Assembly: GCA_028534125.1 (NCBI GenBank)
Contig: CM052816.1
Coordinates: 45,944,001 to 46,008,000, forward strand
Length of the DNA: 64,000 bases
Direction of reading: 5' to 3'
DNA from: Lama glama
Taxonomy: Eukaryota
Below, piece by piece: positions 39,301 to 52,329 of this stretch. Position numbers and translations under genes: made by a program. Below the pieces are notes generated by a model that ran no database searches, was not told the origin of the DNA, and saw only the letters and a program-made list of their open reading frames with translations. Within the stretch, counting starts at the first letter, position 1. Each line of letters begins with the position of its first letter.

Positions 39301-40499
39301 TTCCTAATGGCCCCATATTAAGTCCATTTCATTTAAGTTCAATTCACAAAATATGCATCATAATTTTTAGAATGGTTCCAAGTATAAAATGGTTACAACT
39401 AGTGAAAAATAGGTTTGTTATCCAGTAAAGTGCTATATAGTGTATAAGTGCTGTTGGATATACAATTAGTATTGGATATAGAATTAGATTAATTTTCTAT
39501 TTGTCTAGTCATCTAATAAGCAGACTTTGCTCTTAAATGTCCTAATCATCTGTACTTCCTTGCTGCTATATGAAAATGGGCAAGGGAAATAAAACCTCAA
39601 AAAATTATTTGTGGCTGTGCTATCATAACCAGTGACTTTTCTGCACCCAGCATAAGGCAGCATGGGGCAATAACACCTTTAGGGCAAGACACAGAAACTG
39701 CTTTCAGGGACAAGAGATTCATGGAGTATATAAGGTAAACATATGCCTCTAACATAAGTAGATTGTAACTATCATTAAGGAGGAAGTTGTTGAGAATCCA
39801 AGCAGGAGGGGATCATCTTTGAGAATGGCTCTCTTTAATACCTTCTGATCATTTGGCACTTTTGGTTTTATGTAAATCTTTTTTAGATCTTCTCTCCAAG
39901 TGCCTGTGATTCTGCACTTTCTTGTTTCCTTAATCTTCTCTGACGGCAAATTTTCTATCACCTAGACTATGGAAATATTCTGGGGAAGTTGGTTTATATG
40001 GATAGAAGGTAAAATTATGTTAGAATCACATTAATTATTCCTTGGACTGCTTCTTGAGAATTTCCTGGAGATAAGTCAGGCTTATTGTTAATCCTTATAT
40101 TTTTTCATTTTGTGTGAGGATAAAATGGAGTAGAGAGATTTGTGTCAGCAGTTCTTTTATATTCTCAGCATGTAAAGACATCCCTGTGGATGGTACCCCT
40201 GGTTACCATTTTAGATGCTATGATGACTTGTGCTTCTGCTTCACCTGGTAACGAGCTTCATGATGTGATGTTGCAGTGTTTTCTAGCCAAGCTCTGATGT
40301 GTGTTTAATGAGTGGTGCACCCCTGCCCTTGTCTCTCAGGTGCTGAGACAGGCCTCATGTTGGAAGCTGATCAGTAGAATTCCAGGCAGGATTGATCCCC
40401 TCACAGAGAATTCATTACAGGCTCTGCTGTTGTAGTTCTGCAGACTGATGGTGGATGGCAGAAGCTGGGGCCACACACCCTTATTCGTTAATTAATTAA

Positions 40500-40790
40500 T
40501 CCCTTTCACATCTGTTTGTCAAAATGTACTATACACTGAGCTTATATGGGGCACTGGAAATAGGTTAACACGACAGGATTCTGGTACTTATATTCTAGAG
40601 AGAGCAGCAATAATACACATGTGCATTCTCCTTTTTTTTAATGATGATTGTAAATTTTATCTGCTATAATAAGACGATGTGACATATTTGCTATGAGAGT
40701 GGATATGACAGAGCACAACTAGGGAAGATAATTTAGATAAAGTGGCCAAAGTTAGCTTCTCCAGAAAGAAACATTTGTGGTGAGAGCATG
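40500..40790 (-). mobile_element. L2 fragment
   Basis: Degenerate antisense L2 3' region ('ggggcactggaaataggttaacacgacaggattctgg...atattctagagaga'). Confidence 0.45.
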
Positions 40791-42384
40791 TAAGCTCCTA
40801 AATTGAACTTTGAGTTAAAATGTAGCATTTCCCATTTTAGGCCTGATTTGTCTACATTTTGTGTGTTCTGCAGTACTTTCCAAGGAGTCAGTGTGAAAAA
40901 TCCAATATTTAAAACACTTTTTGTTGTTGTTGTTGTGTTATAAAGATAGCACTCATTGTGTTATCAAGCTTAAAACTGATTAAGTACTCCATGCAATGAA
41001 ATAAGCACAGTAATCATAGCATTTTTTAAATTATGATTTCATTTTAATTTTGTGTAACTACAGTAAGCCTCAAATAATTATATAAATACAGAGAGAAAAA
41101 AAGAAAAAAGCCTTTTCTTAGGATTAATATTCTGAATCCAAAATACACTGATTATTTCTTAGTGAACTTCGTTTTTCAAAAAGTCTGTTGGTTAAAGGTC
41201 ATTATATCCACAGTATTTTAGCACATAAAAGAGATAAAAGTGTGCCTTATAGAATTCTAAGAGAATCACATAAAGGTACTAACTATTCTGGATTTAAAAC
41301 TCGAGAAATTCTCACTTCTTGAGAACCAATACACAGTAATTAGTGTAATCATATTGCATTTCTTAGTAAATTAACCCTTCACTCTATGGGAAGCTAAGGA
41401 GAATTAAATATGCTTGGACTTCCAGAGAGTTACATGTATTTCTATATTTCCAATTCATTACAAAAATCATTGTGGACTCTAATTTTGTTTAGCTAGTGTG
41501 CTGTTTATAATTGCAAAATAGCTGTTAAACAATTGCTGCAAAGACTTGACTATGTAAGATATTAATGACTATTCAGCCTCTAGTAAGACTCTTAATGCAG
41601 AAGGACGTGAGAGATTTATAATTACAACAATCTTCTCAATGAACTGTTTGCTCAGAAACAAACAGCTCGCCTTTACCTTGGCGCTAGTAATTGACAGTTA
41701 ATTGACAACATGGTTAACAGTGCATTTAACTAAGTTTTACCACTGATTAGAAATAGGATTTACTTCCATAATGTTATCACAGGACTTGTGATATTATTAA
41801 CCATAACTCACTCCTGAAATAGATGATAGAACACACTATTCTTCTTAATGCCATTAGAGAGTGTTAATCAGTACAGTGGAGAAGGCTGTGTTGTTTCTAA
41901 TTGTGAATATTCTTTCTTTATATTTCTACAAATGAAGTCAGATGAACAGACATGGATAAATGGGCTCCTCATAAAAAAGATTTAACTGTTTAAATCATAG
42001 CATAGCTCTAGAAATTCTTTTCCAAGACAATTCTTATGAAATGAAAGTAGATTCATCATCATAAATAATAGTGATCTACTGTGCTTATTATTTTATATGT
42101 AAATATGGAGGATTCCAAAGCACCAGACCATGTAGCTTTTTCTCTTCACAGACGCAGCAGAAATTTTATGTTTTTTGCTTTTTGGTCACATAAATGTTTT
42201 CAGTGTGCTAGTCTTGCAGACTGGTCATCACGAGGACTGATCTTTGTAAACTAAGAAGTAGGTGGATTGGACATTTACGGTCCCTTTTAGCACAGTTTCT
42301 GCATCCTTCTTCTCCATTAGCCCTCCCCCAAATACCTGTCCCACTCTGGGGGAAAAGCTCTATATTTGAAGAAGAGATGTGGAA

Positions 42385-42530
42385 TTGAGACCTAATATTG
42401 TCCCTCAGAGTCATGAGTAGTGGCAGGTTAGGTAAAATTCTCTGAACCTCAGTTATCTTACCTGTAAATTAGGTAAATTAAAAATACCTGCCCTGACTAC
42501 CTCACAGGTAGTTTCCTGAAATCACAGAAA
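42385..42530 (+). mobile_element. MIR fragment
   Basis: Core 'ctctgaacctcagttatcttacctgtaaa...aatacctgccctgactacctcacagg'. Confidence 0.65.
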
Positions 42531-42669
42531 TATTTTGTGAAGAGATATACATGCATTAATTGTTGATGCTTCCAACTTATTTTTAGTTTGTATTAATATA
42601 AATAATGCAGTCCCCATTAGTATTTGTATTTTAATGTTAATGAAAGGCTTAAAACAAAGTTATACGCAA

Positions 42670-42905
42670 GGTAGTACAGTAGAAAGATCAGTGATTTGGA
42701 ATTTAGCAGGTCGGTTTTGATTTTTGGCTGTTTTAAACAACCTGTGTGTCTTCAAGTAAGTTACTAAACCCTCTAAGCCTCAGTTTTCTAGTCTATAAAA
42801 TAGGATTAAAAACCTAACTTGCAGAGATAATGAGAAGATTAAATAAAATGTTGTGTGTAAGATAATCGGCATACTGCAGGCCCTCAGCAACTGCTAGTGA
42901 TTACT
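42670..42905 (+). mobile_element. MIR (near full length)
   Basis: 'ctgtgtgtcttcaagtaagttactaaaccctctaagcctcagttttctagtctataaaatagg...gaagattaaataa'. Confidence 0.8.
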
Positions 42906-43174
42906 GATGACAGCATCTAAGGAGTTATAAGGCTTTGGTGTATTCCTTTTTCTTACTGAAATTACACCTAGTGGGCTGTTAACCTCTGCCTCCTTTGCTA
43001 TACTATTGATGAAAAAGAGAAAATAATATTTCACTTTGTTTTTGTTTGTTTTTTTGTATAATATGTATTACTTATATTTCATGGCTTTGTTGTACGTTGT
43101 TGCCCCAACTCATTATTTAGTAATGAAAGGGTATATATTATCTACTGTGTATCTATATGGCACATGCTTAGCTA

Positions 43175-43540
43175 GCATTCTAGGTGTCTATTGCTGCCAT
43201 AACAGATTACTACAAACTTAGCAGCTTAAACAACATAAACATCCTATCTCACAGTTCTGTAGGTCAGAAGTCTGAGCATGTTAGCTGATCAGGTTAGCTG
43301 GGTCCTTTGCCCAGGCTGAAATCAAGGGGTTGGTGAGAGTTTCAAATGCTTCTGAGACCTATGGTATTTGTCCAAGCTCACTGGTCACTGTTGTCTTGCT
43401 GGCTGTAAGCACGGGTTGGAGGACAGTGTCAACTTCTAGTGCTGCCGGCCGCTCTCTGCATGTGTCTCTCCACAACAAGGTGGTTTGCTTCTTCAGTGCA
43501 GGTAGTAGAATTTTTCTCTTCAGTTCTCACTCACATCACA
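43175..43540 (-). mobile_element. MaLR LTR (MLT1D/E-like) fragment
   Basis: 'ctattgctgccataacagattactacaaacttagcagcttaaacaac...tctcacagttctgtaggtcagaagtc'. Confidence 0.8.
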
Positions 43541-44398
43541 GGCCATGGTGAAGTAGTAGTGCTGACAACATTTGACTGGAGGAGAGGACTTCATGGAATT
43601 CAGCTTCATGCTGTTATATAAGGACCCAGGCTTCTTCTCTTTGTGCCTCGAGGGATTTATACTGGGCGGATTCTACATTTAAGCAAAATAGGTAGACCAC
43701 TCTTTTCTTCTTCTAGCAAGTCATTCTCACCATTCCCTTGTCATGAAATCTAAAAAGGTTTTATTAAAATGTGCACAGTGTGCTTGAGAAAAGGCCATAC
43801 ATTCATGTAATTGTGCTGATTCGTTGGTTTATCAGATTTGCTATTTTACTTTAGGGGCTCTGAGTAAAAGGAACAAAGAATGAATGAATCCCAATGAATG
43901 GGAGGCAAAAGTAGGTAGAAATATTTAAATAATGGATGTTTGCCATGTAGTATAGACACTGTAGTTAGCAGACCTGTGGGTTTTGAGAAATCAGGGTAAT
44001 CTACAAGCAATACTAACAACTAGAAATGGCAAAGCCTTTTCATTGTCCTTGATTTTGGTCCAGAAGGGAGTTGTCCAACAATAGAAAGATGAAATTTAAT
44101 ATTATTAATAATAATATTTATATTACTATAAATAATATTGATGATAAACAATGAAATTAATAAAATGCGTTTTATTCTCATACATTTAAGAAGTTTTCTT
44201 CCATGTAGCAATGTCACCAGACAGGACAGAGGAGACAACATGGAAACACAATCAGTTTAATATCTATTCTGAACAGGAGATAAAATAGGTTTGCCATACC
44301 TTGAGCACTTAGGCCTGTTTTCAGTGTTTTATACCTAATTCTTAATATATAACACAAATTCTTTCCTTCATGTTATTCTCCCTTGTTGTACAGAACTG

Positions 44399-45965
44399 TT
44401 GTGTCCTTGTTTAGAGAGTGAAAACTGAGTAATGAACCCAATTTCCTTTGCTCAAGGTGGAACTACAACTGCATCTGTAGATCACTCATTGCTCCATTCC
44501 TATTGCATTGATATTTTATTCCCCTTAAAATTGCATACTACAGTGACCAAGGCATGTACAGAGATCAGTGCCATTAGATTTCTACTCTACTTTGCCAAAA
44601 TCCAACCGTGTTTTTTGCTCATCCCACTCTTAAGGTGACAATAAAGCTATCGTTCAAGGTTTCCTCCTTCCTCTTTAGTTTCTCCACTCAGTCCTTGTGA
44701 CCAATATCCATCCCTATGACTCTAATAATTTAATTTTACTAACTAATCATGGTGCATTTTCCTCCTCCAATATAGTGGAGTCCTGAGATTCTGCGAAATA
44801 CTATCCAGTAAGCACTTACTTTTTTCTTGATTTAATCCCCTCATTAAGCCTTTGGAGTACTTACTATTATCCTGGCTTAGAGATAAGACAGCCAAGGGCT
44901 AAAGAAAGTAAGTGATGCACCCAAAGCTACAGAGCTATAAAAAGTTGAAAATATTTTAATATTTACATGTTCTGGTTGCAAGTCCAATATTTTTTCAGCA
45001 ATACACAATGCTATTCTCAAATCAGTTCTGTTTTGTCTGTTATGAGTATAGAGTCTTGGCTCAATAATTTTGAATTTCCTATTACAATCCCAATTTTAAG
45101 ATAAAAGGGAAAGTTTTCCAATTTACTTTATTATGTAACTATAAGAGAAGTTAAGACTAAGTATAGAATAACACCTAATTTTTTTAAATATTAAAGTTAG
45201 TCATTCATTATATAAATAGGACCAGATGAAGCATAAATCTGTGTTTATTTCTTATTAAAGTTTCATGTTAGATTTTCCAGGCAGAAATTTAGTGAATTAT
45301 TCTAATATATTCAGTTCAACATAATTCAAGAGAGGTGTTGTTTGGCCTGAAGTATAGTGGCTTTTGTCAGTGAATATGTACTTTATTTTCTTTGTGATTA
45401 TGCATGAAGTAAATATTAATTGTAGAACATTTGGAATGTGTAAGATAAGTTGATTTCTATACTATTTTGTTACAGGAGCTCTTAATACCTTTTGTTGTTC
45501 TCAATCAAATGTATTAGGGACCCAGGGAGACGCTTCTTTCACAGCAAAGTTCATTGGATATAAGGCAGTGTTCACCCTTTATCATAGTGGACACACATCT
45601 CCTAAGAACCATTTTTGTTCAACCTAGTAAACTTGTTCTTCTAGAGAAAATAAATAGAAGTGATTATTTTATTTGTAATAATCATTAAGAGAAATTGACT
45701 TGCATGACTAACAAGGAGGGAATTCCAGGCTAGATCTCAATCTTCTGTGACCCTTAAGTGAAACCATGCAGTTCTCTCCTTTTCACTCCAGTTTCTGTGC
45801 CTAATTAGATAGGGAGCAATCAATATTTCAAAAAGTGGTTATTAAGTGAATAATAACTGGTAGACCTTATACTAGGCACAGCTTTCATACGTAACTTTGT
45901 ACTAGCCCACCTAAGTTTAGTCTTGTGTCCTTGTTTAGAGAGTGGAAAACTGAGTAGTGAACCCA
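44399..45965 (+). repeat. Dispersed ~42-bp direct repeat pair (44399-44440 and 45923-45965)
   Basis: TTGTGTCCTTGTTTAGAGAGTG(G)AAAACTGAGTA(A/G)TGAACCCA; one indel and one substitution. Confidence 0.9.
44810..45010 (-). mobile_element. MIR fragment
   Basis: 'taagtgatgcacccaaagctacagagcta...gttctggttgcaagtccaatattttttc'. Confidence 0.6.
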
Positions 45966-46599
45966 GTGCTCTATCTGGAGTAGAACATGGGATATTCTAG
46001 TGTAAAAATTTGTATACACTACCTATATTTATCCATTCCTCTGAGTAAGCACTGTTTTTTATCTGTTTTTATAGTGGGGCAGTGACTTCTACACCAGTTC
46101 TTTGGAGTTAGGCTGATGGTCATTATTGACCTGGGTAGCCAGACTGACCCTCTTTTCCTTGTCTTATGAGGGTAATTTAGTTCTGAAAAGCACATTATAC
46201 AGAAAAATTTCAAAAGTAAAAAAAATTAACTTATATTTCAATAGGAAATTTTTATGTATTTCTGAGCTCAAGGTGATACAAACTTGTGCTATGGCAACAC
46301 CAAATTCCATTGAGATAGGCAAAATTACTTTAATAGGCAACATTAGCTATCATAGCACAACCTAATAAATCATATTACCTCCAAGTATTACTTTATAGCA
46401 TAATTGTTTATATGCTATTATTAAATTCTTTTGCAACTATTATGACCATATGTTTAAGACCATACTTGCAAACTTAACATACATATGATACTCAATATTT
46501 ATATATTTCAAACTTTAACTCATAAACAACAAAACAAGAATAGTGAAAAGTAAAAATAAATTGAAAACAATGAAAAGGATATCACCAATGTGTCTTGTA

Positions 46600-47000
46600 C
46601 CTTTGAGGACTCTAATAATAGCTACTAGACAATTAGATTGTTTTTCATAGTTCTGCTATTCTCAAAACTACTACCATAAATACCTTGCATTTTAATCCTT
46701 TGGTACATTGCAAATCTGCCTGTAAGACAGACTTCTAGATGTTTCTTTCATAGAACATTTGAACATTTCAAAGGCTTTATGTACATATTCCAATTTACCT
46801 CACAGAAATGGCTTCTTAGTTCACACTCCCTGTGGCAGAATGTGACACTGTTCATCTCACCAGGTCTTTGACATAACTGAATATTATTTTAAAAAATATT
46901 TACCAATTTGTTAAGTAGAATAGTGCATATTTATAAATTTTATGACTTTTTAATGAAGAGGTTAAGCGTTTTCCCACATGCACAGTAATGTGTGTTTGTG
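46600..47000 (-). mobile_element. Old L1 (L1ME-like) fragment
   Basis: Degenerate antisense ORF2 end ('ttcacactccctgtggcagaatgtgacactgttcatctcacc'). Confidence 0.5.
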
Positions 47001-48434
47001 TACGTGTGTTTGTATACGTGTGTGTATATATTTGGGAGGTAGGGTGCTTGTGTCCTTTGTCTATATCATGGCCTTTACCTTATTTTCTTTCTTTCTTTAT
47101 TTGCTTTTTGTATTTTCCTTATTATTACTTTTTTTAAATAAATGTTTTCAGACTCAAACGTCTTAGTGCTGGCATGAAGTCAGATATTTTCCATAATATG
47201 TTCTGGAGAGCTTCTCTGGCAAAATGTGGGTTTAAAACAAGAAGATTCTCCCAGCCAAGTCACTCAAGAGCAATAGATATGATCTGAAATGATATCTGAG
47301 GTCTCTTTCCTTGGGGTCCCAGTTGCATGCATTGAGAGAGTGCTTGCAGGCTATCCAAGAACCAGGGGAAGCTAAGCAGCAACCAGAGTGCAGAGTCAGT
47401 CTTGAACAGAACATTCAGAACCCTGATGTATGGCTTCCTCTATTTCATGTATGAAAAAGAATAGAATATTTGAAGTGTAGGAGAGTCCTAAATAGGAAAG
47501 TATTAGATTTGCTTTTAATAGAGTATTCGAGTGCTTAAGCATTTAAATGAAATAAAAATGGAATAAAAATGGCTATATTGGCTATATCTGTACATTGAAT
47601 TTGTTGGAGCAAGTCATATCATTTTAAAAGTATATAATGAGCTATTACTTTACTCATTAGAAAATACTTTATGTGCAGTAATGAAAATTATTTTTATTCC
47701 ATTTTATGTTCTGTGGTTGAATTTCCAGTTTGCCTTATATAAATATTATCATTCTGCTCTCTCCTACACTATCCTACATGTTTTCTGTTAGTACTTATTC
47801 CTCTTCCTATAATATTTTTTTCCCTTTTTATTTATCTTATTCATTTCTCCAGAAAGTAGAATTCTAGCCCAAATTTTAATAAGTAAGTTTAAACTTTAGA
47901 GTTTATTTTTATGGCTGCTACATTTGATCTTACAGCTGTCATATCTTTTTTTGCTTTCTATTTTTCATGTTTGTCTACTGTTTTTTTCTCTCAGATAAGG
48001 CTCTACTTTTTTGTGATTTGGGGAAAAAAAAGCATAATTTAATCTGTGTTTGAAAAAGTCTTACATTCAAGAAAAAAATGAGTCTTCAGTATCTTCTCCC
48101 TGTCAGGCACAGATTTAGCAAGTCTTTACTTTTCCCAGTTTTCTACGTCTCCTCCTGTACTTTAATCCTATATATTGGTAATATTTACCTGGATGTTCAA
48201 CTTGGACTTTGTTTCTTAAATTGTTTTAATTGTTCATTTTTGCATGGCACATTTTCTTTTTCATATTTTTATATTTACATTTTATTTTAAAACTACCTAA
48301 AATAGTTTTTTATATAACTAAAATTTACATATTTTAATTCTACAGGAGAGATCTATTATATTATTTCCCAGATTTAAAATTCTTAATTTTATTTATTTTC
48401 TTAATAGACTAGTTTATAATCTAGTCTAGATTAT

Positions 48435-50780
48435 TTTTAGTGAATAACTATTTTTATAATAATTTTAAGTTTACATAAAAATTGATTGGATACCACAGAG
48501 AAATCCCATATACCCTCATAGCCGGTTTCCCCTATTATTAACATGTTACGTTAGTATTGCACATATGTTACAACTAATGGACCAATATTGATATATTGTT
48601 TGTATAAAGTCCATGCAGTATTCAAATTTCCTTAGTTTTACCTAATGTCTTTTTCTGTTCCATGATCCCATCCAGGACCCCACATTACATTTAGTTGTCA
48701 TACATCCTGAGGCTCCTCTTGCGTGTCACAGATTTTCAGATTTCGTTGTTTTTGATGACCTTGACAGTTTTGAGGAGTATTGGCTAAGTATTTTGAGGGA
48801 TGTCCCTTTATTAGAATTTGCCTCGTGTTTTTCTCATGATTTAAATGGAGTTATGGGTTCTTGAGAGAAAGACCACCGAGATAAAGTGCCGTTCCCATCA
48901 CATCATATCAAGGGTACTATATCAGTCGGGGTCCTCCAGAGAAACAGAACCTAGAGGATCTGAATAAAGAGAATTATTTTAAGTAATTGGCTCATACAGT
49001 TGTGAGCACGGGCAAGACTGAAATCTGAAGGGCAGGTTCACAGACTCGAAACTGAGGCAGGAGTTGATGCTGCATTCTTGAGGCAGAATTTCTTCTACAG
49101 GAAACCCAAGTTTTTGCTCTTAAGGTCTTCAGCTAATTGAATGTGGCCCACTTGTATTATGAAGGGTAATTTCCCTCAAATAAAAGTCAATAGATTTTAG
49201 GTTTTAACTATGTGTGCAAAATACCTTCAGAGCAATGCCTAGATTAGTATTTGATTAAATAACTGAGTCGTATAGCCTAACCAAATTGACGCATACAACT
49301 AACCATCACAGGTACATATTGTTAATATGATTTTTCAGTATTCATGTTGACCTTGAAATGAGGTAATATTTGTCAGGTTTATAAAATGTTCATAAAGCTG
49401 CTGATTTTTTTTCATTTTTTTCATAGCCCACATTTAATGGGTTGGGATTTAATGCTTCCCCTTTTTAAGGGCAGAATGTCTACATAAATTATTTAGAATT
49501 TTGCAAGGGAGATTTGTCTAATCTCTTCCTCATTTGTTTATTCAGTCATTTATTTATATTAGTATAAGCTCATGGATATTTACTTCATACTTTAGGTTAT
49601 AATCCAATGCTACTTTATACTATCACTCAAATGGTTCTTCTCAGGCCATTGAGAGCTTTTTTGGTTGGCTCCTGTGTCCCTTTCACATACTTCAAAAATA
49701 CAATTTTTTTTAAAGACAGCGTTTTGTTTTGTTTTTGTTTTGTTTTGTTTTGTTTTGCAACTACCTTCCTTTGTGTAACTATAAGATGCTTGAAATTCAT
49801 GTTAAATATTTCCAGCCTGTCTTTGAATAAGTCAGTTCTCCAAGGAACCCTGGTTAGTTTTATTGGAGAGTGGTATTGGGAACCAATATCTAATGTTAGT
49901 GGGTTCTACTGGAGTGTGATTTCTTCTAGGCCCTCTCAACTGACAGAGTAAGGAAACATGTATTTACAAACCTGTGTATATACACTTGCTATATGTAACC
50001 ATCTCTACCTGTGTTGAACTGAGCATCAGCTCAAACTGAGGTTTCTAACTCGAATCCATTACCATGTGGATCACTCCAGCCTCCTCCCTTGCTTAACTAT
50101 AAAGCTCTAGTCCAATAGTGAGAACTCTGTCTCCCACTGTTTACCAGATATTTACTAAATCGTTCATTTGCAGTACACAAGTATAGCACTATCAGAATTG
50201 TCAATCAGTGCCATGATGGGAACAACTTTATCAATGAAAGTACATAATATCATTTTCTTTTGTTGTTAGTTTTATAGACTCCACTTATTTTCAAAGTTAC
50301 CTAGGTCAGGATCTTTTATGCCCACCCTCTTCAGTGAGATTCGTTTACATGTTTGTAATAGTTTAGTTTTCTTGTCACAGTCTACTTTCCTTCCTGGGAT
50401 TCCTTGATTGCCTAAATGATTTTATTTTCATCTTTTGTTCTTTAACTTTGTATGGGTTTTGACAAATGGATAATGCCATGTATCCACCATTATAGTGTCA
50501 TATACAATATTTAACTGCTCTAAAAAGTATCTTATGCTTTACCTATGCAGTCTTATCCACCTCACTCTCCTAGCAACCATTGATCTTTTTACTATCTCCA
50601 TTCTTCTACCTTTTCCAGAAGCTCAGATAATTGGAATTGGACAATATGCAACTATATTAGACCAGCTTCCTTCAGTTAACAGTATGCATTTTAGGTTCAT
50701 CATGCCTCTTCCTGTGAATTGATATTTTTTCTTTTATTGCTGAGTAATATTCCATTGTATGACTGTATCACAATTTATCA
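48435..50780 (-). mobile_element. LINE-1 L1MC/L1MD-like 3' UTR, interrupted by an MLT2 LTR
   Basis: Diagnostic 'ccatccaggaccccacattacatttagttgtcat' and 'tggtttgacaaatggataatgccatgtatccaccattatagt'-like motifs; possible TSD TAGATTAT at 48427-48434 and 50781-50788. Confidence 0.85.
48918..49310 (-). mobile_element. ERVL solo LTR (MLT2D-like) with 5-bp TSD
   Basis: Ends 'tatatcagtcggggtcctccagagaaacagaacc' and 'aactaaccatcaca'; perfect TSD GGTAC at 48913-48917 and 49311-49315. Confidence 0.92.
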
Positions 50781-50971
50781 TAGATTATAATTTTTAAGTT
50801 ATTTATTTCATAAAAAACATGTGATAGGTACATGTTTTGAGTGTTTGCTTACCTAAACATATTTTTCTGATGCTTTTCAAAAACCTAAAATTTGAATGGG
50901 TATAAGATTTTTATGAATACAAACTTTTAGTCTCCTTGATCTGTAACAATATAAATTGTTAACATTTACTG

Positions 50972-51714
50972 AGTGTTTTGTCATTTCTAAAATGTACTCT
51001 TTTATATTTTTACATTTCTGAAATTGTGATGAAACTTATAATTAATTTAAGTTCATGCAACCACTTTGGGGTGGCACTTTGTGGTGATACTTTCGGGTGG
51101 TAATGACAGTTTTGTTAGGCATACACAAATCTGGTAACAATTCTTTATTTGTCATCATTTCAGTGAAATGTATTCATTGGTGGTACTGCACATATTGAGT
51201 TTGAAGGCCACATCAAATGTCTTCAAAAGAATTACACACAAATTCAACAGTTAAAAGTTGTTGAATATAAAGAAAGTCATAAATCAGAGAAGAAAAGCAT
51301 AAATTTGATGTTAATACAGAAATACTAATTGTTGGAAGAATGATTATAATTCTGGTTTTTTTGTTTTTGTTTTTGCAAAGACTGAACCAAATACTTTAAG
51401 TGATCAAAGAAAAGACAAAACTCTAAAGTAGAGGACTGAACTGTTAATTATTTATTACAGATTCTTGTGCACAAATATTGTCTGTCACACTCAACGGAAT
51501 GCAAATGAAAGCATGAGAAACTGCCAAAAACCTTGGTGTAGCTGAAGTTAATTTCAAAGCAAATGAGAGGCTGATGTGATGGATTGTCACTTAGGATTAT
51601 TATTAAGGCATTATGTCACAGTTTAATTGACAGTCTTTTACTCCCTTACTTAATAGTAGATAAAATAATGGTGTATTTTACAATTCTTGAAATATTATAT
51701 TTAATAACATATAG
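50972..51714 (+). mobile_element. Kanga1-like (TcMar-Tc2) DNA transposon deletion derivative
   Basis: Ends resemble Kanga1/MER104 termini; decayed transposase N-terminus from ATG at 51217 (MSSKR..., HTH-like); TA at 51715. Confidence 0.7.
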
Positions 51715-51716
51715 TA

Positions 51717-51912
51717 TTTATGATGTACTGCACTACATGATTTATGTTCTCAGTATCATTTAAGCTTTGCTATCACCCTATGAGGCTAGTATTATCCTAA
51801 TTTATAGATGATGCTACTTAAAAAGAATATGTAGCTTGCTCAAGGTCATAAAACTAATAATTGCTAGAACCTGGACTTGAAAGCAGAGCCTGTGCTGCTA
51901 CACTCCACTGTG
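51717..51912 (-). mobile_element. MIR, right part (left part at ~50950-50972)
   Basis: 'accctatgaggctagtattatcctaatttatagatga...ttgctcaaggtcata...cctggacttgaa'. Confidence 0.75.
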
Positions 51913-52329
51913 GTGCTTCAAGCCTTTCCTGCATTTAGTGTTACTGAGTAGTTTGAAGTCAACTGATAACTTTGCTTTTTAAATTCAAATACTTCAAACA
52001 ACTTTTGAATTATTTTAAAATTCTGCCTGCATCCTTTTCCCACTCTTTTTCTCATTCAGATATCCATTAAAATGATTACCAAAGTTTTAAAATAATGAAA
52101 ATGGGGAAGAATGCATAATGGCACAGAAATTTAGGGCAATAAGATAAAATATATTAAAAAGTGAGTATGTGGTAGAGAGGACCTTACCAGAGATGTCACT
52201 GAGAGCAAGTTCAAAATAAAATATATTGTACTTCATTGTCACTGACAATCAGCAATATTTTAAAACAGGGAAATTTTAGATTTGTGTGTCAAGTTTTTAA
52301 GCAGAGAAATATGGAATGGCAGAAACATT

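Noticed and set aside
39454..39487. Imperfect tandem duplication TTGGATATA(C/G)AATTAG
   Set aside because: Ordinary slippage duplication.
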